Made by a program: the position numbers and the translations under genes
The notes under the pieces: generated by a model
The model's input: the letters and a program-made list of their open reading frames with translations, nothing else
What the model was told of the DNA's origin: nothing
The model's database searches: none
Shown: positions 1-11,099 of the stretch, one piece after another
Layout: every line of letters begins with the position of its first letter
Position numbering within the stretch: the stretch's first letter is position 1
NCBI GenBank assembly: GCA_001179505.1
Contig: CDMY01000443.1
Coordinates: 11,783-75,782, forward strand
Origin: Vitrella brassicaformis CCMP3155
Lineage: Eukaryota > Protista > Chromerida
Reading direction: 5' to 3'
Length of the DNA stretch: 64,000 nt

Positions 1-65
1 ACCCACACACAGACAGACAGCTGTGCTGTTCAGTTTCGCTGTGCGAGCCGCCCACTTTCTCTCAC

Positions 66-836
66 CTTGGCGAGTTCCAGAGCCGCCGCATCGACCTCGG
101 TTCCCACCATCCGCCACCCGTACAGCCGCGCACCAAGCAGAGAGTAGATGCAGTTCGCACCGATGCCACTGAAAGACAGCAAAATGACGACACAGCCAAC
201 GTGTATGAGCCGCCCCTCTCTCCCTGCTTGCTTGAGTACATGTCAACGCCTCTGACGTCAGGTCCCTTGAGTAGCGTCACATCGCTCGCATCACCTGCCT
301 CGCTATCGGTGCCGCTGATGAGGTCGGCCACGTAGTGGATGTAGTTGGCGCGAGAAGGCACAGGCGGGCTCAGATACCCACTGGGGATCTCCTACGCGAG
401 AGGCAGGCAGCAGGGCAGGCAGCGATGTATGTGTGCAGGTTTGTTCACTGTCCGGATTGCACTGTGTGTACCCATCGCAGCTGGTAGCAATGAAGCAAAA
501 GGGCGCGTGTGAGGGCCCGCAGCGCATCCGGATCTCCATGGTCGATAGAAGCGCCTCCAAACCGGTTCACGTACACACTGCGCACACAACACAAAAGCAA
601 TCAACCACAGTCAGAAGAGGGATACACTGCCTTGTCTGCCTGCCCTACTATTTGTTGAATTCCGGGAATCGCTGCCCGAGGTCAAAGTAGTCCAGGCCGT
701 CCCTGTGCATGCTCCTGGGATGCATCCGCTCGTTGTTGCTGATCGGCGCCTGGCCTCGAGGGACCTTCTTCTGCAGACGTCGGTCGTCGCCATTTCCGCT
801 CTCAGTTGACGCTTGAGGCTCACTCTTCCGCTTCAT
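66..836 (-). CDS. METTL16: METTL16/RlmF-family RNA m6A methyltransferase, 5' part (at least 4 exons; gene continues beyond the window start)
   Basis: Spliced translation gives [25 protein letters not shown] / [34 protein letters not shown] / [25 protein letters not shown]...VRGVD / [34 protein letters not shown]. This matches the METTL16 N-terminus and the SAM-binding D-x-G-x-G-A-x-C-I-Y motif. GT-AG boundaries are visible. Confidence 0.9.
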
Positions 837-1516
837 GATGATTCGTCTGCTTGATCTGGTCTGTTTGTCGGAGATCCTGCTCGGTTGGAAATGCGCAGAA
901 AGGCCCTTCCGCGCCAGAGCTGACAGGTAGTCAGTCAAGCTCAATTTAACGTGCTGTTTCATTGTCGGCCAGGCATCTGGCCTTCCCACTTGTATTCAGC
1001 ACGCCTCGGCATCGATTTCGATCCAATTACAACCACAGGGTTTCGGGTTTGAACCCCAAAACCCAGGACCCTAGAAACGTGGAGCATCCGGATTACACGA
1101 TTGGACTCATCCAGGTGAGAAAGCAGAGCCGAGAGACCGTGCAAATAGATAGATCTGAATGATTGATTTGTCTGATATCAGGTGGAAGCGCACTTCTATT
1201 TACACACACGCAGCGCCGTGCAGGGTAGGGCAGGGCAGGGCGATCTCCTGCGCAGCCTCACCCCGCCTGAGAGGCCTGTGTCTTGCCGGATACGGGATCT
1301 CTTGCTGCATGGACCCCGACACACAGATCATCTCACGTCGTGGCAGCACAGCCCTCCCGTCGTTACACGCCAACATCCACTTGCAACTCATTCTCCACGT
1401 CAGCTAACATTGGCTGGCCGACCTGACAGACAAACATACAGCCCAACACACACCACCGGCAGTGAACAATCGCGCGCATACCAAGTAGCCAAACCGTACG
1501 CACCTGTCGTCTTTCG

Positions 1517-3739
1517 TCAGGTGCCAAGCCGTTTGAGGGTGAGGGAATCTCCCAGATATCCCCCAAAGCTGATGTCGTACCACCCCTCCAGCCCCTCGAT
1601 GGTGTCGCCTTGTGTCCGCTCCTCCACCAGCCGCTTGAAGGCGTGGCTGGGCACCGGCTGAAACTTGAGCACCTCGATGCATCGGATCTTGAGCAGCGAC
1701 CTGACGCAGGCAATGCCGAACTCGCCGGCGGCATCGCCATCACCCAAATCCTCAGGCACTGCACACAGACAGGCATGCACAACACATAACAGGCTGGTGT
1801 GCGAAAGGATGCGATTGTTTGCAGCTCACCTTCTACGCCAACAACCAGCCGTTTGATGGTCGGCAGCTGATCCGCCATGTCCCCCCACGTCAGCCCCCCC
1901 TCACCCACATCCGTCACGCACTCGGCGTTGAAACACTCCAACTCCCTCTCCCTGCCCAACGCCTGCAGCACCTCCACTGCTTGCTCCTCTGTCCGGCCCA
2001 AGAGGTCAATGTTCTTGACTGCTGGCATCTTGGTCACCAGCCTGCGGCCAATCGCGAGCCCCTTGCGGCTGCTGCACCGGAGCCGCGATGCGGCCGGGAA
2101 TGCGTTGTGGGACATGCTGTCAATCACAACTGGGTCAGGCTGGTCTGCGTCAGCGTCTGGCTCCCAATCGTCGTACTCCAAATCATCATCCTGGTCCACC
2201 ACATTCACGACCGTCGCCTTGCTGAATGTCAGGCACTGTGCGAGGGCGACGGCAGCGGGGATGGGCGTGTCGAGTGGGGTGGTGAGATGGTGAGGGCGGA
2301 TGGTGAAGGACACTATGTGGGCTGTGGCCGTCATCTGCTGGATGTGCCTCTGCACGAAGGGGGAGGGCTCCGGGCGGGTGGGCACCTCACACAGGAGGGA
2401 CAGCTCGAAGCAGTTGATCTTGTTGATGTCGGGGATGTCGGGGCTCACACAGACGGCACGTGTGAAGGTCTCGATGGCCGAGAGGGTCTCGAAGATGCTC
2501 CTGTCGATGCAGTACTCATCGAGCTCGATGCTGAGCTTCTTGATGGAGCGGCAGCCACGGTCGACATGAACCTCCTGCATACAGACACACGCACATCACA
2601 AGCAAGCCCTCGCCCACTCTCTCTCTTGTGTATCTTGTGTATCTTGTGTGATTCGTCGCACACCTGAAGGTCCCCCAGACCCGCAGCCTCCCAGCTAGAC
2701 AGGCTGAGGGTGCCGATGTCCTCGAGCTGCGACAGGGGGCCCGGCTGGCAGGCAGCGGCCGTGGGGAAGCGCATCAGCGACCCAGCCATGGTGTTAGGAA
2801 GGCATTCCACCTGCAGCTGCTTGAGGCGCCGCGACGTGGCCACAAGACCTCCCAACATCTCTGACCCCACCCCAGGACCTCCAAACACCCACGACCCCAC
2901 CCTCCCCACCACCTGGACCATCTCGAGCGACGGCAACTGCCAGTGCCGCCCGCGGCCGGGATAGGAGAACTCATATATCCCGAAGGGGATGCCGGTGATG
3001 GATCTAAGGGATGTGAGGGTGGGGGGCGGGTTGAGGGGAGGGGGGAGAGCTTCCAACGCCTCTCTCTCAGCAGCTCGGATAACGCGATTCTCGTCCTCGT
3101 CGATTGTTATGGTCCATTTGCTGCACTTGCTTATGTCGATGGACTCCAAGGTGGTTGGCCCCTGCTGCCCGGTTGCTGTGGCCGCTGCGCCTCTCCGTCC
3201 CTCACTGTGGCCCTCCACCAATGCCGTGACGGTCTTCTCGATCACAAGCGACAGGATGCGGAACTCACTTGGCAACTTGACGACGATGGTGATGAGCCGT
3301 GTGAGCCGCCGGCCCCACTCGAAGGCGTCGGCGAATGACAGGCCGTACCAGAAGCGCCGCTCGGCCGTGTCGTGGGTGTCCATGACCAGCTGGGTGATCT
3401 GGCAGCCGACGTGGCCCCACAGGCGCTGGGGCAGCGCCGCCACCAAATGAAGCGACAGAAACGAGAAGACGTAGGCAACGACAACAGGCTGAGTGGACAA
3501 ACACACACCACACAGACATAGGGGAGACAGTCAAGATCTCTGTGTCTGCCTGTGGTTCGTTTGGTCCATCTGTGTGTGGTGCGTACGATTTGGCTGAAGC
3601 GCTGTGCGAAGGCCTCCAAATCTAGGCTGTGTGTGGTCTGCGATGCCGTGGCCTGCTGCTGCTGTTGGCCGTCGGTGTCCATCAAGTCATCCACCTCTCC
3701 TCCGGCCGCCCGCCTCCCCGCTTCGACGCCCTCACTCAT
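1517..3739 (-). CDS. Member of a lineage-expanded hypothetical protein family with an N-terminal F-box-like motif and degenerate leucine-rich repeats (4 exons)
   Basis: Exons at about 3739-3585, 3493-2664, 2573-1830 and 1760-1517 splice in frame. The N-terminal DLEAFAQRFSQ..PVVVAYVFSFLSLHLVAALPQRLWGHVGCQIT is F-box-like, followed by LRR-like segments (LPSLEMVQV, LKQLQVECL, LSQLEDIGTLSL). The family assignment is inference. Confidence 0.7.
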
Positions 3740-5304
3740 GAGTCAATTCCACCAAACGGGCGTCAATTGGAGAATGTTTTAAGTAGATGCATGAAACGGG
3801 CGACGAACTTGTCTAAGCGAATTGGATGGCACCTCGATGGCTCCAAGCTCGCGACTCTCGGAGCTCTTCTGCGCGGATCTCGTTGAAAGAGATCACCACG
3901 ATGACAGGAATGCACCGCAAGAGTCAAAGACCTCGCTGTTTCTGCCTTTGATGTGTGGGCCACCAGCAACAGCATACCCGAGTCAGCAGGGGCGCAGTCG
4001 AGCGTGTGCAGCTATGATGTGCTTGCTGCTGATCACACCAATGGTCGGCACGTGCGCCCTCGCCTCCCCGGCAGGCTTGTACGTTTCGTTCACCATGCGC
4101 CAGGAAGGTCACGACCCGTACAGCGGGCGCATGGTGACCGGTGACCGGGAGAGGGCGCGTCATGGCCTCACTCACTCGGCGGAGAGGCAGATCGGAGTCA
4201 CTGGCGGGCCATTCCTCTTCATCGTCCGTGAGCAGAGAGGGAGAGGGGCTCACACGTCCATTAGTGGGGAAGGGAGATGTGTGTCATTTGTCTGTGTGCT
4301 GTGTGCTCTGCAGGTGTGTGTGAGCCGACCCTCCCAGTGACCCACACCGGGGCCGATGACCGCACGCTTCCCTTCCTTGCTGCACTGATCGTGTTGGGGT
4401 GGTTGTGACTGTGGTGTGTCAATATGGTGTGGGCGTGGCAGCCACGTGTGTGTGTAGCGGGGCCAGTGCTGGCGGCTGCGATTGTTCAGTGGCCCTTTGT
4501 GGGCTATGCCGCGGGAAGCGGTGGTGCCTTTTGTAGTAAGCACATTCATACCGAACAGACAGACAGACAGACGTGCCATCGAGTACGTCAGTTAGGCACA
4601 CACATCAGCCGTCAGTTGAGGCAGTGAGCGGCCGGCCCTCCTCTGTGCGCATACCGTCACCCTCTGCTTCCCATCTCTCGGCTCGCCTATGTAGTTTGCC
4701 AGCTCTTGGCGACGTGTGGCCTGTGCGTGTGGATCACAGCGTCGCGGAGAGGCGGGCAACTGCATGGCCGAGCTCTAGAGGGGGGTCAGTACGGGGATTG
4801 CTCGGACACACACTCGATGCCATCTGTAGCATCTCCCTCCATCAGCAGGCAGGCTGTCTTTGCCTCTCACTCTTTCTGTCCGGCTATATGATTTTGTCTG
4901 TGTACTGGTCGATGGGGCCTGCCGTGTGTGTGTGTGTGTGTTGGCCGAGGTGAATGTCTGCATGAGACCACCGATGGCCCATTTCTCCCCGACACCAGAG
5001 GGAGCACACAGATGGCCCATCGGTGGTTGTGGTGGCAGGCAAACACCTACGGCCAAACACAACACGGCAGCATGAGAGAGGCTGGGTGAGCTGAGAGGGG
5101 CATTGCTGTGCGGACAGGTATGTGATCAGTGCGTGACACGTGGGCTGCTGATGGACATTAATGATATCACTGCATTTGGTCTGTCAATTGGCACAGCCAA
5201 TGTCTCACTGAGCAGTTCACGTGAATGCAGCGAGGATATCCGTCACAAACAACCGAATATAAAATGCAGGCAACGATTGGGGAGGGGTCGACCCCCCCTC
5301 CCCC

Positions 5305-8300
5305 TCATCGACACTCCTCGTCTCTCCGCAGCCACTGATGGCGCTCGGCCGGCCCGTTTGGCGAAAACTCCTGCACGGCGGCGCTTGGCTGCACCGTCCC
5401 ATCGATGGCCTTCTTCATGGCCGCCGTCTCCCGCACCACCTTCTTGGCGAAGTGTCTGGTGTAGAGGGGCGTGATGTCGTTCCTCGCGGCAAAGAATGCC
5501 CGCTCCTCGCCGTAGATGTGGCCGTTGCTGCCGCTGCCTGAGGGGTGGTCCATGTGAGGCCCCATCAACACCGCCGCCCCCAGCGAGCAGACGGCATATG
5601 CGTCTGCGGCCTCGCTGAAGGGGCCGAAGAGGGCGGGGGGGGGGGGGGNNNNNNNNNNNNNNNNNNNNNNNNNNNNNNNNNNNNNNNNNNNNNNNNNNNN
5701 NNNNNNNNNNNNNNNNNNNNNNNNNNNNNNNNNNNNNNNNNNNNNNNNNNNNNNNNNNNNNNNNNNNNNNNNNNNNNNNNNNNNNNNNNNNNNNNNNNNN
5801 NNNNNNNNNNNNNNNNNNNNNNNNNNNNNNNNNNNNNNNNNNNNNNNNNNNNNNNNNNNNNNNNNNNNNNNNNNNNNNNNNNNNNNNNNNNNNNNNNNNN
5901 NNNNNNNNNNNNNNNNNNNNNNNNNNNNNNNNNNNNNNNNNNNNNNNNGGAAACACGGGGAAAACACGCCGACAGATATAGAATATAGGCAACGATCGCG
6001 AGAGCTGACACCGACACACAGCATTCGCTTGCCCGTGTGTACATTCATCTGCGTCTCCTTGTTGCAAGATGCCGTCGCATGTACCTGTCTCTCGCTGCGG
6101 GGTGATGTCGTTGGAGCCGGGCGGCCTCCCATCTCCCGCTTCTCTTCTCCCTCGTCGTCACTGCCGGGCTCCAGCGGCTCGTTGCCAGGGCGCAAAAAGG
6201 CTGGCAGTCTGGCGTTCATGTCGGCCACCCTCCGCTCGTGCCTTTCCCGCATCTCCCTGAGCTCCTTGGCCACTGAGCCATATCGGACAGACACACACAG
6301 GTGTGTTGCTTGCCGAATGAACAGCCGTCTCTCTGTCTGGCTGGCTGTCGGCTGGCTGGTCATCTTACGTTGCTTGTCAGCCTCAGAGAGCGTCGCCTCC
6401 TCAGCGGAAGCTGAGACCGATGAGGGCTCTGGGGGCGGCGATGGTGGCTGCTGCTGCTCCAAGGCGGTGCGGTCGGCCTCACTCAAAAATCCTGAGAGGG
6501 AGAAATCAACAGCCAAGGCGCACCCACCAATGCAGACAGACACACGTGACGTGTCCCCCCTCTGTCATGTGCAATCCATACCTGAGAATTGTGATATCAG
6601 CACGTAGCCCTCTATCAGAGCCGGCACCCTCTTGTTGGCCGTCGACGGCCGTAGCCTTTCATACCCCCTCTCACGGTACTCGTGCCAGTCATTGTCCATC
6701 AGGGCCACCGACAGCCGCGCATCGCCGTCGGCAAGGCCGTCGGCGAGCAGCGGGACGGCGATCGGCAGGCCGCCGTCCCCCGTCACGCCCTTCAGCGCCT
6801 CGAGGGCCTCCGCCTCGGCGCGCAGCCGTCCGCCGANNNNNNNNNNNNNNNNNNNNNNNNNNNNNNNNNNNNNNNNNNNNNNNNNNNNNNNNNNNNNNNN
6901 NNNNNNNNNNNNNNNNNNNNNNNNNNNNNNNNNNNNNNNNNNNNNNNNNNNNNNNNNNNNNNNNNNNNNNNNNNNNNNNNNNNNNNNNNNNNNNNNNNNN
7001 NNNNNNNNNNNNNNNNNNNNNNNNNNNNNNNNNNNNNNNNNNNNNNNNNNNNNNNNNNNNNNNNNNNNNNNNNNNNNNNNNNNNNNNNNNNNNNNNNNNN
7101 NNNNNNNNNNNNNNNNNNNNNNNNNNNNNNNNNNNNTGGCAGTCCTCGGTGGTGGGGCGGAGACACGAGGAAAACACGCCGACAGATATAGAATATAGGC
7201 AACGATCGCGAGAGCTGACACCGACACACAGCATTCGCTTGCCCGTGTGTACATTCATCTGCGTCTCCTTGTTGCAAGATGCCGTCGCATGTACCTGTCT
7301 CTCGCTGCGGGGTGATGTCGTTGGAGCCGGGCGGCCTCCCATCTCCCGCTTCTCTTCTCCCTCGTCGTCACTGCCGGGCTCCAGCGGCTCGTTGCGAGGG
7401 CGCAAAAAGGCTGGCAGTCTGGCGTTCATGTCGGCCACCCTCCGCTCGTGCCTTTCCCGCATCTCCCTGAGCTCCTTGGCCACTGAGCCATATCGGACAG
7501 ACACACACAGGTGTGTTGCTTGCCGAATGAACAGCCGTCTCTCTGTCTGGCTGGCTGTCGGCTGGCTGGTCATCTTACGTTGCTTGTCAGCCTCAGAGAG
7601 CGTCGCCTCCTCAGCGGAAGCTGAGACCGATGAGGGCTCTGGGGGCGGCGATGGTGGCTGCTGCTGCTCCAAGGCGGTGCGGTCGGCCTCACTCAAAAAT
7701 CCTGAGAGGGAGAAATCAACAGCCAAGGCGCACCCACCAATGCAGACAGACACACGTGACGTGTCCCCCCTCTGTCATGTGCAATCCATACCTGAGAATT
7801 GTGATATCAGCACGTAGCCCTCTATCAGAGCCGGCACCCTCTTGTTGGCCGTCGACGGCCGTAGCCTTTCATACCCCCTCTCACGGTACTCGTGCCAGTC
7901 ATTGTCCATCAGGGCCACCGACAGCCGCGCATCGCCGTCGGCAAGGCCGTCGGCGAGCAGCGGGACGGCGATCGGCAGGCCGCCGTCCCCCGTCACGCCC
8001 TTCAGCGCCTCGAGGGCCTCCGCCTCGGCGCGCAGCCGTCCGCCGAGCTGCGCCCTCTTCGCCTCGTCGAGGCGCCAGATGGCGTTGGCCACGACTGCCT
8101 TGAGCATCACCCGACGGCCCTCACAGTGGCCCTCGATGACGCCGTAGCGGGGATTCTCGCCGACGGGCCGCACCATGTAGCGGCCAGCTGGCTGGAACGC
8201 CGCCAGCATGGCACGCGACTCCTCTGACATGGCCTCAGGTGGTGCTGCTGCAGCTGAGGGTGAGTTGGCGAGGGCGAGGGGTATCTGTGGCGAGCCGGTG

Positions 8301-9087
8301 TCATACGGGTCGGCGAGGGGCAGCAGCGGCGATGAGCCGTCCGAGGCGTCACCTTGGCCAGCAGCGGTGGATGGTGGCGAGGGGCTGCCTGGGTGCTCCT
8401 GACGCGGCTGCGATGGCTCAAACAAACGACCTGACGACCGAGACCAACACACACACAGCAAACAGGACAATGATCGGTCAGGTCAGACATCACCCACATA
8501 TCCCTCTGTCTGCCTTGCGCTTTGTGTGTGCCCCGTCACCCACTCACCTTCTTCAACAAGTTGTAGGCGTTCCTCACGCACATCATCCTCATGCACTACG
8601 TCATCCTGGCTCCTCCCTCGTGACCCTCCCCCTTCTCGGCGTGGGTGGATGGCGCCCCTTGCTCCCCCTTCTGACGCTCCCCCGCCTCGCTGTCGCTATC
8701 CTCATCGTCCCTCTCTCCCTCCTCATCGTTCTCCTCTGTGACCGGTTCGGGCCCCTCGTCGCCTGCTGCTGGCCGCAGCTGCCGCAGGTTGGACAGGCTC
8801 AGGGCGCCTGCTGCTGCCAGCTGGCGTCCGCCAAACGTAGGGCGCTGCTGCTGGTGCTGCTGGGGCGGCCGCCACAGTTGAGGCCGTCGGGCGTGCGATA
8901 TGCATACCCCTCCCACTCCCTGCTGAAAGCCACTAGGTGGCCCAGCCCGATTCATTCCCTCCCTCGGCAGTCGCGCAATGTTGGGGCGATAACTCGCCGT
9001 CGTTGGTGCGGCGCGCTGCTGCTGCTGAAGGCCCGCCCTCGATTGTGATGGCCGGAGCAGATGGGCGGCCTGTTGGTGCTGCTGTGA
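5305..9087 (-). CDS. Atypical protein-kinase-like gene, left cluster; fragmented by two gaps with a duplicated middle part; catalytic loop not visible; possibly truncated
   Basis: Translations GRRVMLKAVVANAIW...LRAEAEALEALKG (subdomains II/III) and LFGPFSEAADAYAVCSLGAAVLM (subdomain IX) are clearly homologous to the plus-strand copies at 38-46 kb. It ends RRDEECR*, shorter than the right-hand copy. Confidence 0.7.
5949..8045. repeat. Near-identical direct duplication across an N gap (5949-6836 approximately equals 7150-8045)
   Basis: Both segments read gacagatatagaatataggcaacgatcgcg...gcgcagccgtccgccga with isolated differences (for example gttgccagggcg versus gttgcgagggcg). Confidence 0.9.
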
Positions 9088-9419
9088 CAGCAAGACCAAT
9101 AGAACCCTGGCCTATGTGCAAGACCATGCGAGACACCATGACATGTGCTTCTATCTATTCGTGTCAGCTTACTGAGTGCCAAAGATGACGATTGTCCTGG
9201 TGGGAGGTTGGAGGTTCCGGGCAAATAGAGCACCAGGCATCGAAATATAAAATGTAGGCAACGATCGGCAAACAGTCTGCATGGACAAGAGACAAGAGAC
9301 ACGAGACACGAGACACGAAACATGGGACTTGCTGTGCGTGTGGGAGTGTGTGTGTGGCTGCCTTCGTCACTCACCGTGGGGTGGGGCTCTAGCCACCCTA
9401 ACCAAAACCCACTCACAGC

Positions 9420-9907
9420 GACGATGTCGAGGCAGTCGTTGTTCTCCACATAGTCCCGCAACTCGCTCTGACAGACACACACACACACACCAGTGGGTCG
9501 GAGGGATAGGGCGATAGTGTGTGATGCGATTGCGTACGTCTGAGCTCACATCTACCTTGTGTGTGCGTGTCCTGTGTTTGCAGCCGAAGAGATGGAGGGA
9601 CCCACACCACACTGGGAAGCGACTCGGCGGACACCGCGTACGGCGCTCAGTGTGAGCTGGGCTGATCAGGCTTTCGGCCGCATCCACCAGCACTCGTTGT
9701 TTGCCCTCGGGCCCACGGCGAGCCGAGCCAGGAGGTGTGTGGGATGGACGACAAGGCGGGAGGGGGCGAGCAGCCCGGATGGCTCTCGAGGGTCAGATCG
9801 AGGGATTGGTGCACCTCTTGGTGACGCCAGAATGAGATGACATCCACACACAAGGGCCTCGGCCGACGCAGCGTGTAGCACCTGCACACACAAACAGAGA
9901 GACAGAC

Positions 9908-9939
<32 letters not shown>

Positions 9940-10790
9940 GCATGTGAGTCATTCATGTGGCTGCCTGTGTACATCGCATTCGCGTGTCTGTCTGTGTGTC
10001 AATGACCGACTGGCTGGCCGGCTCACCTTGTGTGTGTGTGTCTGTGCCGGCGATGGGATGGGGTGACCCACACCACACCAGAGAGCGCCTCGGCGGACAC
10101 CGCGTGCGGCGCTCAGTGTAGTGTGGGGCCGTTGGCTGACGTGTTGTCTCTCGCTCTCGCTCTCCATGAAGACGCACCCCTCCATGTCGATGTATCACGC
10201 ACCAACATCGCTAGACAGCGCAAACTGCACGTACTGCGGAAGGTTGACGGAGGGGGCCGTGCATGTGATGAGGGTGTCGTTGATCCATGCCATGACGGCA
10301 TACGTCGATGCGAAGACGCACTGAGTGAGGCGGCTGTTGCGGAAGACCGCCCCGGTGGTCGAGTCGGCGTACAACGATACAAGAGTGCCGCCGGTGAGGG
10401 GACCAGAGAGCGGCTCAGCCAACTCGACATCGAAGTCCTGCAACGAGCACATAGCATAGAGGCGTGGACTTGGCTGTCGGTTTCGTTTCGTTTGCCCTCA
10501 GCGGTTGTCTGTAGTAGAAGATGTGTGTGAGCAGGCCTCGATCGAGATTCTGAATCGTCCCGCCGGAGATCAGACGCAAGTAAAACACCACGTAGGTCTC
10601 CGCGGCAGGCACATTCGCCGGCACCACACACGTCAGCCCCGTCTCCGAGATGACTGCCATGCTCCTGCGGGCCTCGTCGGTCCTCCTCGTGCTGATCTGC
10701 CTGGTCTGTGGGATGCCGCCGCCGCTGCTGCCGTTGCGGTTCTCTGTCGTGCGGTGCGCCTCGATAAGAGGGGGAGCTGGGGTGGTAGGG
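9420..10790 (-). CDS. Multi-exon gene containing IPT/TIG (Ig-like) domain segments; boundaries uncertain and possibly joined to the 11.1-13.0 kb exons
   Basis: Frames VISETGLTCVVPANVPAAETYVVFYL and VELAEPLSGPLTGGTLVSLY...TQCVF...AWINDTLITCTAPS carry the IPT signature P-x-S-G-P-x-x-G-G-T-x-V and x-I-x-C-x-x-P. Confidence 0.55.
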
Positions 10791-10869
10791 GTGGTGAGGG
10801 GGAGGCCGAGGGCTGTTGCGGCGGGAGTGAGGGTGGGGGTGAGGGGGCCACACTATCGGACACACGGCA

Positions 10870-11040
10870 AAAACACAGACCGACTGACCGACAGACCGAC
10901 CGACAGACAGGGAGGCAGACAGACAGACAGACGGACGAACGGACGAATGGACGAACGGACGAACGGACGAACGGACGAACGGGCAGGCAGACGGACGAGC
11001 AGTCAGACATACATACATACAGACAGTCAGACAGGCAGCC
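10870..11040. repeat. Compound intronic microsatellite (GACA)n / (GGACGAAC)n / (CATA)n; representative of many intronic SSRs in the window
   Basis: Directly visible tandem units. Confidence 0.9.
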
Positions 11041-11099
11041 AGTCGTACCGTACAGAAGAGACGAGATTACTTTCCCCCAGCCAACCCCCACAGCCCGAA

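Noticed and set aside
3800-5240. Coding gene between the F-box-like gene and the left kinase
   Set aside because: There are only short, non-conserved-looking frames with no consistent exon chain; treated as intergenic or decayed sequence.
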